DNA from: a virus
Virus record (IMG/VR): IMGVR_UViG_3300046004_000518
Location: 1-64,000 of that record
Reading direction: 5' to 3' (one strand)
Length of the DNA stretch: 64,000 bases
Shown: positions 9,403 to 19,185 of the stretch, in pieces
Layout of the letters: the number at the start of each line of letters is the position of its first letter
How positions within the stretch are numbered: position 1 is the first letter of the stretch
Notes under the pieces: generated by a model
What the model saw: the letters and a program-made list of their open reading frames with translations, nothing else
What the model was told of the DNA's origin: nothing
Databases searched by the model: none
Translations under genes and position numbers: made by a program

Positions 9403-10659
9403 TTATTTTTCAATTATGGAGCCTAATACCTGATGCGCTTTTGATGTGGTAAGTATTCCAAATTTTTGAGCAGTTATCAGTATAGATATATTTTCTGCCA
9501 CGGCTAGTTCGTTTGATGATAAAATAGTATAACCCAAGCGATTGAATAGTTTTTCTAAAATCAGGTTGATTGTGTAATTAAAATATTTTTTATCATCTGT
9601 ATTGTGCAAAAACTGCATATTGCATATTAACTTGCCACCAGGCCTTAATAACTTGTTAAACGTAGCAAGTAACTGTTCGATAGTTGATAGATCAAATAAG
9701 TTTAAAAAATTACAACAGGTAATACAACCAAATTGTCCCTGCGGCAATATAGAATAATCGTTATCAACCGTGTATACTCTTAATCGTTGTACATATTCGA
9801 TTGGGTAATTATCAAGTAACGCAGAAAGATTATCGTTGTTGGGGCGGTTTACTACATACAACGGATCTGCGGTAACCATACAATCAATCCATTCTTTTGA
9901 ACTAGGATTAATTTGTAATCCGGGATAGTGCCAGTCGCAGTGTGATCGAATAGTTAACAATGTTAAATTTAATATATGTTTATCGTCGGGCAATATATCG
10001 GGCAATAAACATGTTTTTATAAATTCTTGCTGATACTCTTGAGAATTACACAATTCATTTATTTTAGCTATGGCAATCGATTCTGATAATTGCAGACTAA
10101 CAGTGTTGATATTATTATCTATATTTTTAATTAATGCCCATAGAAAATTAATACTAGCATTAAGAATTTTATTATTTGTTATTAATAAATTATCGGCACT
10201 TGTTCGAATTAATTGATTTTGTTGTTTATCTAATTTTCGACTATCTTTCATCAACTGTCGATTTTCAGTTAATAATGTTCGTCTAGTCTGATCTAATATT
10301 CGACAGTCATTATCTATTCGTCGACTTTCGGCAAGTAATGCTCGACTTTTCTTTAATTTTTGCTGGCGCAGTACTTCTAACCGTTGACTTTCTTTAATTA
10401 ATTGTTGGGCTCGGTTAACCTTTTGCCGACTCTTAGTGGCCATTTGTTGATTAATTTTAATTCGTGCATAATTGGCGGTATCAACAGCTCGACTGCGTTG
10501 ATCTCGATAATATCTTGCAATTTCCTGATATATTACACTGTCGGGCCCCGATGATTCTGCTAATTTATCTATATCTTCTAAACGAAAATGATCGATTATA
10601 CTAGTCAGGGTTTGTTTACGTGCAAGTAATTCATCTAATTGTTTTTGAATATCATTCAT
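9403..10659 (-). CDS. coiled-coil repeat protein with C-terminal SAM-methyltransferase-like domain
   Basis: C-terminal GQFGCITCCNFL...LLRPGGKL; N-terminal charged helical repeats. Confidence 0.6.
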   Translation of the reverse strand: MNDIQKQLDELLARKQTLTSIIDHFRLEDIDKLAESSGPDSVIYQEIARYYRDQRSRAVDTANYARIKINQQMATKSRQKVNRAQQLIKESQRLEVLRQQKLKKSRALLAESRRIDNDCRILDQTRRTLLTENRQLMKDSRKLDKQQNQLIRTSADNLLITNNKILNASINFLWALIKNIDNNINTVSLQLSESIAIAKINELCNSQEYQQEFIKTCLLPDILPDDKHILNLTLLTIRSHCDWHYPGLQINPSSKEWIDCMVTADPLYVVNRPNNDNLSALLDNYPIEYVQRLRVYTVDNDYSILPQGQFGCITCCNFLNLFDLSTIEQLLATFNKLLRPGGKLICNMQFLHNTDDKKYFNYTINLILEKLFNRLGYTILSSNELAVAENISILITAQKFGILTTSKAHQVLGSIIEK

Positions 10660-13322
10660 TAATCAAAACTAAACAATGCATCAAATGTAGTCTTAATGTC
10701 TGTGCTTTCGGTAATATTCCAGTTTAGCACACCTAGTAAGTTTTCTACTTTTTGATCAACGATTGTTGACTCCATTAAATCATTATCAAATGGCAGGTCT
10801 TTGAACCATTGCGGAATATGAGTTCCATCTGTTGGATAGCCTACACTAGTAAACCCAATTGGATTATCCTTTAACTTGCACACAATAGTTTTCATGCCAT
10901 CGACAATACTAATTGAATAGTTATCACCATGCATACGCTTTAGGTTATTCCAATTCATAGCCGCACGTACATGCCCTGGCATATTAGCACGACCTTCACG
11001 TTCTTCTGCTTTGGTAAACTTGGTTAGATTGTTTACACGTTTAGGCGTGCCTTTCTCCCAAGCTGGCCTATCTTGGAACGCAAGTTTAAACTCACGTACC
11101 ATATCAATAATAGCAGTCTTATCTACACCAGTAAGTGTCGCTAGTAAAATATCACTTAAGAAATCTTGCACAACCTTAGGAGTATCGGAACGTTTTAAGT
11201 CTAAGCCCATGGCTTTAACTTTACCCGGCTTGCCATGTGTATCCATTCGCTTGCCATCTAAGTCTGTAATCAGCACAGCATACCGTTTCTTCTTAATAAA
11301 CAAACCTTTACTTGCAACCAACTCTCGCCCGCCTTTAATTACACTACCCATTTCACGTGGTACATGAAACGCACGTTCCATCATAGCTGGAAAACTTTCA
11401 TTAACTTGGTCTGAAATATCATCGTACAGTTTAATAGCAATACTAGGATTCCAATCCATAGTACCAGCTTCGACTTCATCTTTAATCATAGGCCAAGCAC
11501 TAAAATAACAGGAGTCGGTATCACCATATATAATGGCATCGCCTGTGTGATCATACACACCTGTCAAGCATTCATTAATAAACGCATCCATGTGCTTGGC
11601 AATAGTACGACCGGTGAGTGTAGTTGATTGTCCAATCCGCTTATCAAAGAAACGACAGCCCGGATTAAGTAGCGCACCATACAGACTGTTCAAGTTAATC
11701 TTCTTAACCAACTGTCGTTTATCCCAGAACGCAATCTCTTCTGGGTCAGTACATGAACGCATCTTAGCCTGTAGTTCTTTACGTTCAGCATACCAGCGTT
11801 TTAATAAACCTGGGACAACTGCTTCTTTCTCAAAACTAAAGATAGTACCGTTGGCACTGAGTATCCAAGGTTGATTACTATCGAATATCAACTTCCATAC
11901 TTCGGCCGCACTGTGTACAGTACTTTCACCAGAAGTTTCCCAATCGATTGTAAGCTCGATGCCGGGTTTACTTTCCATAACCGCAGTATACTCCAGGGTA
12001 GCGAACAAGCCCTCCCAAGCATCTGCGAAACTTGACTTATTAGCCATCTTTTCATTGATGTAATGGTCGGTCATGATAGGACGTATCTGTCCAATAATCG
12101 ACTCTGGCCCCATGTTTAACGCACGAATTGCACTTGGGTATAGTGAGTTAATATCAACTGACCCAATCCAATCATGCATGCCTGCTTTAGGAGTTGCTAC
12201 ATACGCACCTGCCGCTTGTGTATCGCCCATGTCGTCTCTGTTTTTACGATTAGGAACAATTAAGCCTTGTTGATGTGCTTGGTTAATAATAGCCTGTTCA
12301 GTAACTGCCACAGCACCCATAGTTGTTTGTAGCAACACTGTGTTGTCATGTGCTAGTTCGTTGGCTAGGTCTAAGAAGCGTAGTTTCTTATCTAGTTTAC
12401 CTAGCAACATAGTATCCTGACGGTTATAGTCAATAAACTTAGGAAAGTCTTTGTTGTACAATTGATCCAATGTACCTTCATAAGCAACCTTGCGCTCATC
12501 TAGTTCATATTCACCGATAGCATCCAAACTATAACTATGTCGTTCTTCATAGGTATATTTACGGTATAGTTGCATGTAGTCTAAATGCACCCTGCCAATC
12601 AAGTCAAAAGTGATGTTTGCGGCGCCAAAACGTTCAAATTCACGCTGTTTTGGGTACTGACCCCATAGACAAAAGCGTCTAGTGTCATCTTTACTTAACA
12701 CACGTGTAACACGCCCAATAGTATATGGAATATCATAGCCTTCACTGTTCCAGCCACTTAACACATCTGCATCATCGATTAGATTAAGGAATGTATCCAA
12801 CATGTCTGCTTCACGTTCAAACATAAAACAGTTTTCATATTGGTCGCATATTTCTTGCGCAGTTTCCCAACTATAGCTCTTGGGCGGAATAACAAGTGTA
12901 ACTAACTTGTCTAGCCAATCTAAGTAAACTGATATGGCTGTGATAGGATTGAATGGATCGCTGGTAGGAGCATACCCACGTGCTGGGTCAAAGTCTGTTT
13001 CAATATCCCAAAACGCAGTTTGTAGTTTAGGTGAATCGACACCAAGATAGTTATCTGATAAACAACGGAATACAGGATTGATATCACTTTCCCATATCCG
13101 CTTGCCTGATTGAATACGTGTCTCTTTATGAAATTCTTTACCTATACGAGTGCTGAATCGACTTACTGGAGTGTCGTATACAGTACGATACTTGCCTTTA
13201 GGATCGTCCATGTACATGACATAATTTGCTGGATACTCGACATACTCACGTATACCTTCTTTTCTTTCTACTACATAGATGCGATCTTTTGCTCTATCGA
13301 ATAATGCATCGACGTATGAAAT
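10659..13322 (-). CDS. family B DNA polymerase (T4 gp43-like), probable ATT start
   Basis: ExoI DIET, GWNSEGYDIPY, DINSLYPS, KINLNSLYG and YGDTDS motifs. Frame stays open 35 codons upstream of the tracked ATG (13217), to an ATT 6 nt after AAGGAG. Confidence 0.95.
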   Translation of the reverse strand: MSYVDALFDRAKDRIYVVERKEGIREYVEYPANYVMYMDDPKGKYRTVYDTPVSRFSTRIGKEFHKETRIQSGKRIWESDINPVFRCLSDNYLGVDSPKLQTAFWDIETDFDPARGYAPTSDPFNPITAISVYLDWLDKLVTLVIPPKSYSWETAQEICDQYENCFMFEREADMLDTFLNLIDDADVLSGWNSEGYDIPYTIGRVTRVLSKDDTRRFCLWGQYPKQREFERFGAANITFDLIGRVHLDYMQLYRKYTYEERHSYSLDAIGEYELDERKVAYEGTLDQLYNKDFPKFIDYNRQDTMLLGKLDKKLRFLDLANELAHDNTVLLQTTMGAVAVTEQAIINQAHQQGLIVPNRKNRDDMGDTQAAGAYVATPKAGMHDWIGSVDINSLYPSAIRALNMGPESIIGQIRPIMTDHYINEKMANKSSFADAWEGLFATLEYTAVMESKPGIELTIDWETSGESTVHSAAEVWKLIFDSNQPWILSANGTIFSFEKEAVVPGLLKRWYAERKELQAKMRSCTDPEEIAFWDKRQLVKKINLNSLYGALLNPGCRFFDKRIGQSTTLTGRTIAKHMDAFINECLTGVYDHTGDAIIYGDTDSCYFSAWPMIKDEVEAGTMDWNPSIAIKLYDDISDQVNESFPAMMERAFHVPREMGSVIKGGRELVASKGLFIKKKRYAVLITDLDGKRMDTHGKPGKVKAMGLDLKRSDTPKVVQDFLSDILLATLTGVDKTAIIDMVREFKLAFQDRPAWEKGTPKRVNNLTKFTKAEEREGRANMPGHVRAAMNWNNLKRMHGDNYSISIVDGMKTIVCKLKDNPIGFTSVGYPTDGTHIPQWFKDLPFDNDLMESTIVDQKVENLLGVLNWNITESTDIKTTFDALFSFD

Positions 13323-13390
13323 TTGAAACTCCTTTTACCGCTTATGGCCGGTTAACCTTGTGCTTGTACGTAAAGTGTACGACTCTTTTA

Positions 13391-13678
13391 TTATAACATT
13401 AATAGCTTATAGTAGCCTACTAAATCGATTAAAAATATAGTTACGCTGGTCATTAATAGACCAAAACTGCCTCTACTTGCCGCTGAATAGATACTAATAG
13501 ACAGGGCAGTAAAAAACATTGGATATACTACTAACAACGGAACATTGGGTACAGTTAATGTAAATGTCATTGCAACCGCAAAGTTCAATGCCCAATTGAC
13601 TGTTTCTAATATTAGTCGTATTGGGTGGCTATGCCAATCTCGACGAATAAATTCAACAGTTTTGTGCCAATTGATCAA
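13391..13678 (-). CDS. small membrane protein
   Basis: 95 aa, about 3 hydrophobic segments, TTG start. Confidence 0.7.
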   Translation of the reverse strand: MINWHKTVEFIRRDWHSHPIRLILETVNWALNFAVAMTFTLTVPNVPLLVVYPMFFTALSISIYSAASRGSFGLLMTSVTIFLIDLVGYYKLLML

Positions 13679-13932
13679 AGTGTACGACCAACTGTTTCTA
13701 AAATATCAGTAACAGTTTCGTGATCTTCGTTTGTCTCACCAAATTTAGATTTTTGTGCAATTTTAATTGCTTTTTTAAGTAAGCTCGGTTTAATTTCCAA
13801 TTCTTCCGCTACTGCTTTGATTGTATCGCTAAGGCCTGCACTTAAATCTTCTACTTCTTGTAGTACTTGTACGCCCTCATTGACTATTTGTATAAGTTTT
13901 GCCTTTTGTTCAGCTGAAAACATTAATGCCAT
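13675..13932 (-). CDS. small dsDNA-binding protein (T4 DsbA-like)
   Basis: Helical 85 aa, IKAVAEELEIKPSLLKKAIKIA; preceded by a sigma70 promoter. Confidence 0.55.
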   Translation of the reverse strand: MALMFSAEQKAKLIQIVNEGVQVLQEVEDLSAGLSDTIKAVAEELEIKPSLLKKAIKIAQKSKFGETNEDHETVTDILETVGRTL

Positions 13933-13958
13933 TGTGTCATTCCTTTAGTTAAAAATAT

Positions 13959-13987
13959 ATTGTATATGAATTACTTATCGGAGTCAA
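13959..13987 (-). promoter_or_regulatory. sigma70-type promoter for the DsbA-like/polymerase operon
   Basis: TTGACT-N17-TACAAT on minus strand. Confidence 0.75.
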
Positions 13988-13996
13988 GCGGTATGG

Positions 13997-14416
13997 TTAA
14001 GATATTCTACATTTCCGTAGAACTTGGGTAACTGTTGTAAATTCTAATGCTAAATCATCGTAAATATCTTCTACAGGCCTAACTACAAACGCACGTGTAA
14101 CATAAGCAGATTGACCCATTTCAGCATAGTAAGTGTCACTGGGCCAACGGCGCTTGTTCCATTCCATTGCGTTAATTAGTAAGCATTCATCACCTACATC
14201 TTTAAGCAATACTTTGCGTTGAGCTACTGGTAAGTTGGCACTGGCCATTAGTTTAATACCCACAGGTTCTGTATTGACCTGTGGTTTGTCTAGAAAGTGT
14301 GCGAATAAGTGTACAACGTATGCTTCTACATTGTGGGTTAGTGTAATTGAAAGCGATGTTTCTGCTTCTTTAATAAGCTCATAGGATTCTTTAACGTAAG
14401 TTTCCCAATTGGTCAT
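13997..14416 (-). CDS. hypothetical protein
   Basis: Start moved to MTNWETY, 1 nt after the upstream stop. Confidence 0.7.
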   Translation of the reverse strand: MTNWETYVKESYELIKEAETSLSITLTHNVEAYVVHLFAHFLDKPQVNTEPVGIKLMASANLPVAQRKVLLKDVGDECLLINAMEWNKRRWPSDTYYAEMGQSAYVTRAFVVRPVEDIYDDLALEFTTVTQVLRKCRIS

Positions 14417-14417
14417 A

Positions 14418-15230
14418 TTACCACTTACGACAGCTCCAATATCTGGCAGATGTTCTTGGTCCTGGGTTAGCACAGTTATGACGTGCTCTAAATGACTTGC
14501 GACGTGCTGGATTAGATTTCTTAATACGCATGTTAGGATCACCAAAGTTTACTTTTTTGATGTTGCCTGTGCTAGGATCTTTAACGTAGACTTTAAACTT
14601 CTTAACATCACCTTGCATTGGTTTGCCTAAGGGAACTTTGCGGCCGTGATATTCAGCTTCATCTAGTTGTTCATCTTCGTTGTACCACAGTTCACCGTAG
14701 GCTTCAAAGAATTCATCACCATCATATGATTCTTCAATGGGTACACAGTTGTTTACACGTGTGTCACCTTTCATTTTAGTGCCTTGCTTTTTGTAACCTT
14801 TCCAACATTTAGCATCTAAACGTTGTTTACTTTCTGGCAATACTACAGAATCTGTAGTTAAATAGTTGGGGAATTTTTGGTTAAACAAACGCATAATAAC
14901 ACCAGCTTCTGCATTGGCTTCGTCCTCAATCGGACTGCCTGTTTCGCCGGAAGTGCTATCAAGTTGATCGTCTTGCCCTTGCGCATAGTGTACCATTTCG
15001 TGTGCTAGTGTACGCAATACATCAACAGGATTACGTTGGTCAACAACTACATAAATTACTTGTTCATCATTAACATAACGACCGAACGTTGTATCATCTA
15101 ATGATTTAACTAAACGAATTTTAGGAATGCGATCTAACTTTAAATGTTTAATGGCAATAGGCAAGAAGTCACGCAATGCATCAATTAGCGTAGCTTCCTT
15201 GGGTTCGTCAAACATTTCAAATAAGTTCAT
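14418..15230 (-). CDS. modular putative head protein: HExxH metallopeptidase-like domain plus two small Cys-containing basic modules
   Basis: MNLFEMFDE tag; TLAHEMVH; CWKGY...NNCVP; EAEYHGRKV...FRARHNC...ARYWSCRKW. Confidence 0.7.
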   Translation of the reverse strand: MNLFEMFDEPKEATLIDALRDFLPIAIKHLKLDRIPKIRLVKSLDDTTFGRYVNDEQVIYVVVDQRNPVDVLRTLAHEMVHYAQGQDDQLDSTSGETGSPIEDEANAEAGVIMRLFNQKFPNYLTTDSVVLPESKQRLDAKCWKGYKKQGTKMKGDTRVNNCVPIEESYDGDEFFEAYGELWYNEDEQLDEAEYHGRKVPLGKPMQGDVKKFKVYVKDPSTGNIKKVNFGDPNMRIKKSNPARRKSFRARHNCANPGPRTSARYWSCRKW

Positions 15231-15242
15231 ATTGACTGCTGC

Positions 15243-15512
15243 TTATTCAGTTAACAGAGTTGCTACAAACGCTTGACCTGCAAGTATTGCATCTGTGTAT
15301 ACAGTTTTATCGGTACTATCGGCAATAATATAATCTCTAGCTAAAATTATTTCTAAATGCAATATATTAGCATTTATTCTATCGTAAATCTCTTTGCTAC
15401 GCACATCTTCGGATACTAATTGATTAATTAAAGTTACGCTATCTAATGCATTTTTTAAATGCAATACAGTGCGTTCTTCGCTGCTAAGTGGTGTTAAATT
15501 TTGGTAAGACAT
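15243..15512 (-). CDS. hypothetical protein
   Basis: 89-aa ORF with AAAGGA RBS. Confidence 0.65.
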   Translation of the reverse strand: MSYQNLTPLSSEERTVLHLKNALDSVTLINQLVSEDVRSKEIYDRINANILHLEIILARDYIIADSTDKTVYTDAILAGQAFVATLLTE

Positions 15513-15633
15513 TATACATTTCCTTTATTAATTAATGTTTCTAATGCGTCTAAACGAGCAAGTAATGTGGCCCAAGAAAGCGTACCTCAAATGCAGAGCA
15601 GCAAGCTCCGCATTTCATACAATCAAATGTCAT
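15512..15633 (-). pseudogene. deletion scar: YkgJ-like CxxCGACC N-terminus joined out of frame to a coiled-coil gene C-terminus
   Basis: 15633-15550 encodes MTFDCMKCGACCSAFEVRFLGPHYLLV*. Another frame gives ATLLARLDALETLINKGNV*, whose TAA overlaps the next ATG. Confidence 0.55.
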
Positions 15634-15637
15634 TTAA

Positions 15638-18064
15638 TTATTGATATAATGGTGTAAAGTATGTTTGACCGCCAACTACAATTGGTGCCCATTTAACAAC
15701 GGTTGTTTTATTTATTGGAGCTGGACTACTATTAACTGTATATTCAATAACTACTGAAGATGCATAAGCCTCAGGTGAAACAACACCACCAGAAATCATG
15801 GTAAATTGTGCTTGATAACGCTGTGGACCTAGATATAAATCTTGTGTTAATTCAATAACAAATGTACCATAGTTTGGATCGGTTAAGGTAACTTTTGTAC
15901 CAGTTACAAATTTATTCGTGTCAAACGGTGGAGTAGGATCGGGCGTTGGGAAATCGAATTTCCCGTTAGAATCAATTCTAAACTGGCCCATACCACCAGA
16001 AATAGTTTCAGTCGTTAAAGTTAAGGCTGGCGGTTCAACATAAAGTGACAATGCACCAGTAACTTGTAAGGCATTAAACACTACAGATGATGTGGTGTTT
16101 AGACTTTGATTATATGAACTGGCCGCGTTGGCATTAATCCACTGTGGTACTGATTGATTTGTGGTAAATTTAAAATAGCTTGAATAATTCTCCGCCAGAT
16201 TGCTAGCCATCATATTACTGCCGCCGCCGATCCAAGTTACTCCTACCTCAATAGTAGTTGAATCGGTAGTTGTGACTGAAGTTACTTCGTAAATATCTTC
16301 GGACCAATATGTTAGTTTATATTTAAACTGTTGTCCAACAGTAAATTTAGAATAAAAGGATTCCGGAAATGTACCCGCAAGCAACAAATTATTGCTATCA
16401 CTGACATCATTGGTTATTGAATAATTAACAGCACCTGGAAGTTCTTCTATTGCTGGATATTGTGTAGTATAATTGGTATAGGTATTTTCGACAGGGCCCA
16501 ATGCAGTACCATAGCTTATAACTTGTCCGGCAGATGGGCTAGTGATAGTAACACCTACTCCGGCTATACTACTATTACCATACGATATTTCTTTTGTAGT
16601 TGTATCATAGTATACAGATTGCGATGTAACTGCATTTCTGACTGGATTTACATAAAATGCCGATGCCGCATTACCTGTCATAACCATATCAGTTCCGCTG
16701 GCATTAAGCACTATCGAATAATTTGGTTGATCTGTTTTACCTGCACCTTTACCTATAGCTATAGAACTAATTCCTTGATAGGTTTTTCCAGCAACATTAC
16801 CTATAGCTACCGCATCATTGCCTTGGCTGGTGTACGCAGCATTTGTACCAATAGCCACTGCACTTTCACCTTGAGCGGTCCTTCCGGCAGTTGTGCCAAT
16901 AGCCACCGCATAGATATTTTGACTACCACCGCCAGCAAGAACACCAATAGCAATCGTACTATCGTACTGGTTAGTTTGCCCGGCATTTGATCCTAGAGCA
17001 ATCCGAGAGTCTACTAAGCCAAAGATACCGCCGACTTGAGTTTTAGTGGCAGTGGCTATACCGATAGTGCCACTGGTATTTGTAAGGCCACTGGCATCCA
17101 CTGCGGGTACAATTACTCCGCCCTTAACAGTGGTGCTAGCCGTAGGCAAAGTATAACTACTGGTTATGCCAGTTAGTTGACTACCGTTACCGATGAAGTA
17201 TCCTGAAGTTACTACGTTGGCTGTGGTCTTTACATTACCAATATTACCTGTATAAGAAGTTAGATAACTTGCTACATCAGTATTACCATAACTGCTGACT
17301 ATACCAGTTAGTTGACTACCATTACCTATAAAATAACTAGAAGTTACTACATTGGCTGTGGTCTTTACATTACCAATATTACCTGTATAAGAAGTTAGAT
17401 AACTTGCTACATCAGTATTACCGTAAGATGATCCACCAAAACTTACAGCAGCTCCGTTGGCGTAAAAATAGTTGTCTGTTTTAATACTTGTGGTTGTAAA
17501 GCTACCCCCAAAAGTCAACGAAGTAGCATTTAACCATCCACCGGAAGCGTTTGGCGCTGTACCTTGCCATGACACATTTGATAATCTGAATGATGGATTG
17601 TCGCCACCGATAAACGTCCAAAGTTCTGTACTTACACCATTATATGTAGTTCCAGATATAACTACACTAAATGCAGTTCCCACTGGCCATTGAGAAATAG
17701 TCCCAGTCACTATAGTTGGGATAGTCCACTCTCCAGAGTCAACTTGTAAAGTAGTTGCCGGATTGTCGCCAGACTGCCCTACAAAAAATCCAGTGAAATC
17801 ACCGTCACTAGTATATGTACTGGCACTAACACTAACCAAATTGAATGCCGCTACGCCGCCACCTGTTGCGCTAATAGTACCAGCAGTAATATCAATACCA
17901 GATCCGGCTGTTAGTTCACCTTGTAACGGGAAGCCACCAGCAGTGCTGCCATCCATGACCACTACTGTGTCTTTGGTGGTATCAATAAAAATCTCACCTA
18001 ATGCACCAGTTATTGATGCTAGATTACCTGTGGTATCTCTTCTAAATTGTAACGTTTTTGCCAT
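15638..18064 (-). CDS. tail fibre / receptor-binding protein
   Basis: N-terminal LQFRR...GEIFIDTTKDTVVVMDGSTAGGFPL (Mtd-N-like anchor); 14-aa AIG..AG YadA-head-like repeats; G/S/T rich. Confidence 0.8.
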   Translation of the reverse strand: MAKTLQFRRDTTGNLASITGALGEIFIDTTKDTVVVMDGSTAGGFPLQGELTAGSGIDITAGTISATGGGVAAFNLVSVSASTYTSDGDFTGFFVGQSGDNPATTLQVDSGEWTIPTIVTGTISQWPVGTAFSVVISGTTYNGVSTELWTFIGGDNPSFRLSNVSWQGTAPNASGGWLNATSLTFGGSFTTTSIKTDNYFYANGAAVSFGGSSYGNTDVASYLTSYTGNIGNVKTTANVVTSSYFIGNGSQLTGIVSSYGNTDVASYLTSYTGNIGNVKTTANVVTSGYFIGNGSQLTGITSSYTLPTASTTVKGGVIVPAVDASGLTNTSGTIGIATATKTQVGGIFGLVDSRIALGSNAGQTNQYDSTIAIGVLAGGGSQNIYAVAIGTTAGRTAQGESAVAIGTNAAYTSQGNDAVAIGNVAGKTYQGISSIAIGKGAGKTDQPNYSIVLNASGTDMVMTGNAASAFYVNPVRNAVTSQSVYYDTTTKEISYGNSSIAGVGVTITSPSAGQVISYGTALGPVENTYTNYTTQYPAIEELPGAVNYSITNDVSDSNNLLLAGTFPESFYSKFTVGQQFKYKLTYWSEDIYEVTSVTTTDSTTIEVGVTWIGGGSNMMASNLAENYSSYFKFTTNQSVPQWINANAASSYNQSLNTTSSVVFNALQVTGALSLYVEPPALTLTTETISGGMGQFRIDSNGKFDFPTPDPTPPFDTNKFVTGTKVTLTDPNYGTFVIELTQDLYLGPQRYQAQFTMISGGVVSPEAYASSVVIEYTVNSSPAPINKTTVVKWAPIVVGGQTYFTPLYQ
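17160..17430 (-). repeat. tandem duplication, 2 x 135 bp (45 aa), in the tail fibre
   Basis: SSYGNTDVASYLTSYTGNIGNVKTTANVVTSxYFIGNGSQLTGI occurs twice; ccagttagttgactacc at 17169 and 17304. Confidence 0.9.
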
Positions 18065-18090
18065 TTTATTTAAATCCTAGTTTTATTATA

Positions 18091-18096
18091 TATTTA
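18091..18096 (-). promoter_or_regulatory. putative late promoter (TAAATA) for the tail fibre
   Basis: ATAAATA upstream of the fibre RBS; same motif recurs before many virion-type genes. Confidence 0.5.
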
Positions 18097-18111
18097 TGTT
18101 GGAATTAATAA

Positions 18112-18381
18112 TTACACCATTAAATCTACTGTTCCTGTTGCAGTCAAGAAATCTTCAACACCACTTTGACTTAACAAATCACCTGCTAACTCAAGATTGA
18201 GATCCTCGGTTCCGCTGCCTATCATTAAGTCGATGGCACTACCAACTAGCAGTGCTAGATCACCTTCAAAGTTAAAATTATCCGGTGTTGGGGGTGTAAT
18301 AGGTTCACTGCGCATAGGATCGCCGCTGGAAATTGCCATGCCAGCTCCAATTCTCATACCTGCGCCGATAATAATTGCCAT
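18112..18381 (-). CDS. small putative virion protein
   Basis: MAIIIGAGMRIGAGMAIS N-terminus, GDL...G..DL repeats; TAAATA at 18415-18420. Confidence 0.55.
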   Translation of the reverse strand: MAIIIGAGMRIGAGMAISSGDPMRSEPITPPTPDNFNFEGDLALLVGSAIDLMIGSGTEDLNLELAGDLLSQSGVEDFLTATGTVDLMV

Positions 18382-18417
18382 TAGAACTCTCCGGATTTTT
18401 CTACTACTTTAATGTAT

Positions 18418-19185
18418 TTAGCTATTTAACAGATAAGATTGTTGTTCAGGTGTATGTAATTGCACATACATATCTACAAACTTATCAGTCTGTGCATTGC
18501 CTTGTAGACCCAATTGATCGAATAATATATGGCCTTTGGTTTTGATTAGGTCTTGTAATTTTACTTTAATATCGGCTTGATCTATATCTATTACATTTTT
18601 TAAATCAGCTAGAACATAGTCGCCTTTATATAAAATTTGCTGTGATTCTCGAAATAATTTTATAAATTTAGTTGAATCAACAAAATCATCAAAGTTCCAT
18701 TTGGTCAAACATTCTTCTTTGATGTGATCTGGTAAATTATTAAAATCAACCAACGAAGAACAAGCTGGCCAGTCCGGAGTCTTGATATTTGCATAGCGTA
18801 TTGCTAGCCATTTATCTAGAGGACTGTTTTTATAAAACCAAAAGGCATTTTTTGTTTTTGCTAGATATATTTGTGTTTCAATATCTGTATAAATTACCAC
18901 AGTTTTTCCTGTGTATAAAAATAATGAACGTGCTGTTGCTGGGTTGCATTTTAGATATAGTTTATTTGATAAATTGGAATGTAATGTTCGATCATTCTCA
19001 ATCATAGTTTCGGACGTTTTCCAATTACTAACTTGGTTAATGTTCCATTGGTTTTGAAATATAACGTTGAAATCCTGAATGTCGCTGTTGAATATACAAT
19101 TATAATTTCCGGTTAACAGTAATAGATGCGCACAAAAATTACCACCACTGCCACCATAGTAAAATAAAGCTACATCTTGGGACAC
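18418..19185 (-). CDS. hypothetical protein (P-loop/sulfotransferase-like)
   Basis: YYGGSGGNF N-terminal loop; GTG start overlapping the upstream stop. Confidence 0.55.
   Translation of the reverse strand: MSQDVALFYYGGSGGNFCAHLLLLTGNYNCIFNSDIQDFNVIFQNQWNINQVSNWKTSETMIENDRTLHSNLSNKLYLKCNPATARSLFLYTGKTVVIYTDIETQIYLAKTKNAFWFYKNSPLDKWLAIRYANIKTPDWPACSSLVDFNNLPDHIKEECLTKWNFDDFVDSTKFIKLFRESQQILYKGDYVLADLKNVIDIDQADIKVKLQDLIKTKGHILFDQLGLQGNAQTDKFVDMYVQLHTPEQQSYLLNS

Noticed and set aside
15638-18064. Possible diversity-generating retroelement (Mtd-like N-terminus plus repeat)
   Set aside because: No reverse transcriptase in the window. The repeat is an in-frame tandem duplication with mostly synonymous differences, not a TR/VR pair.
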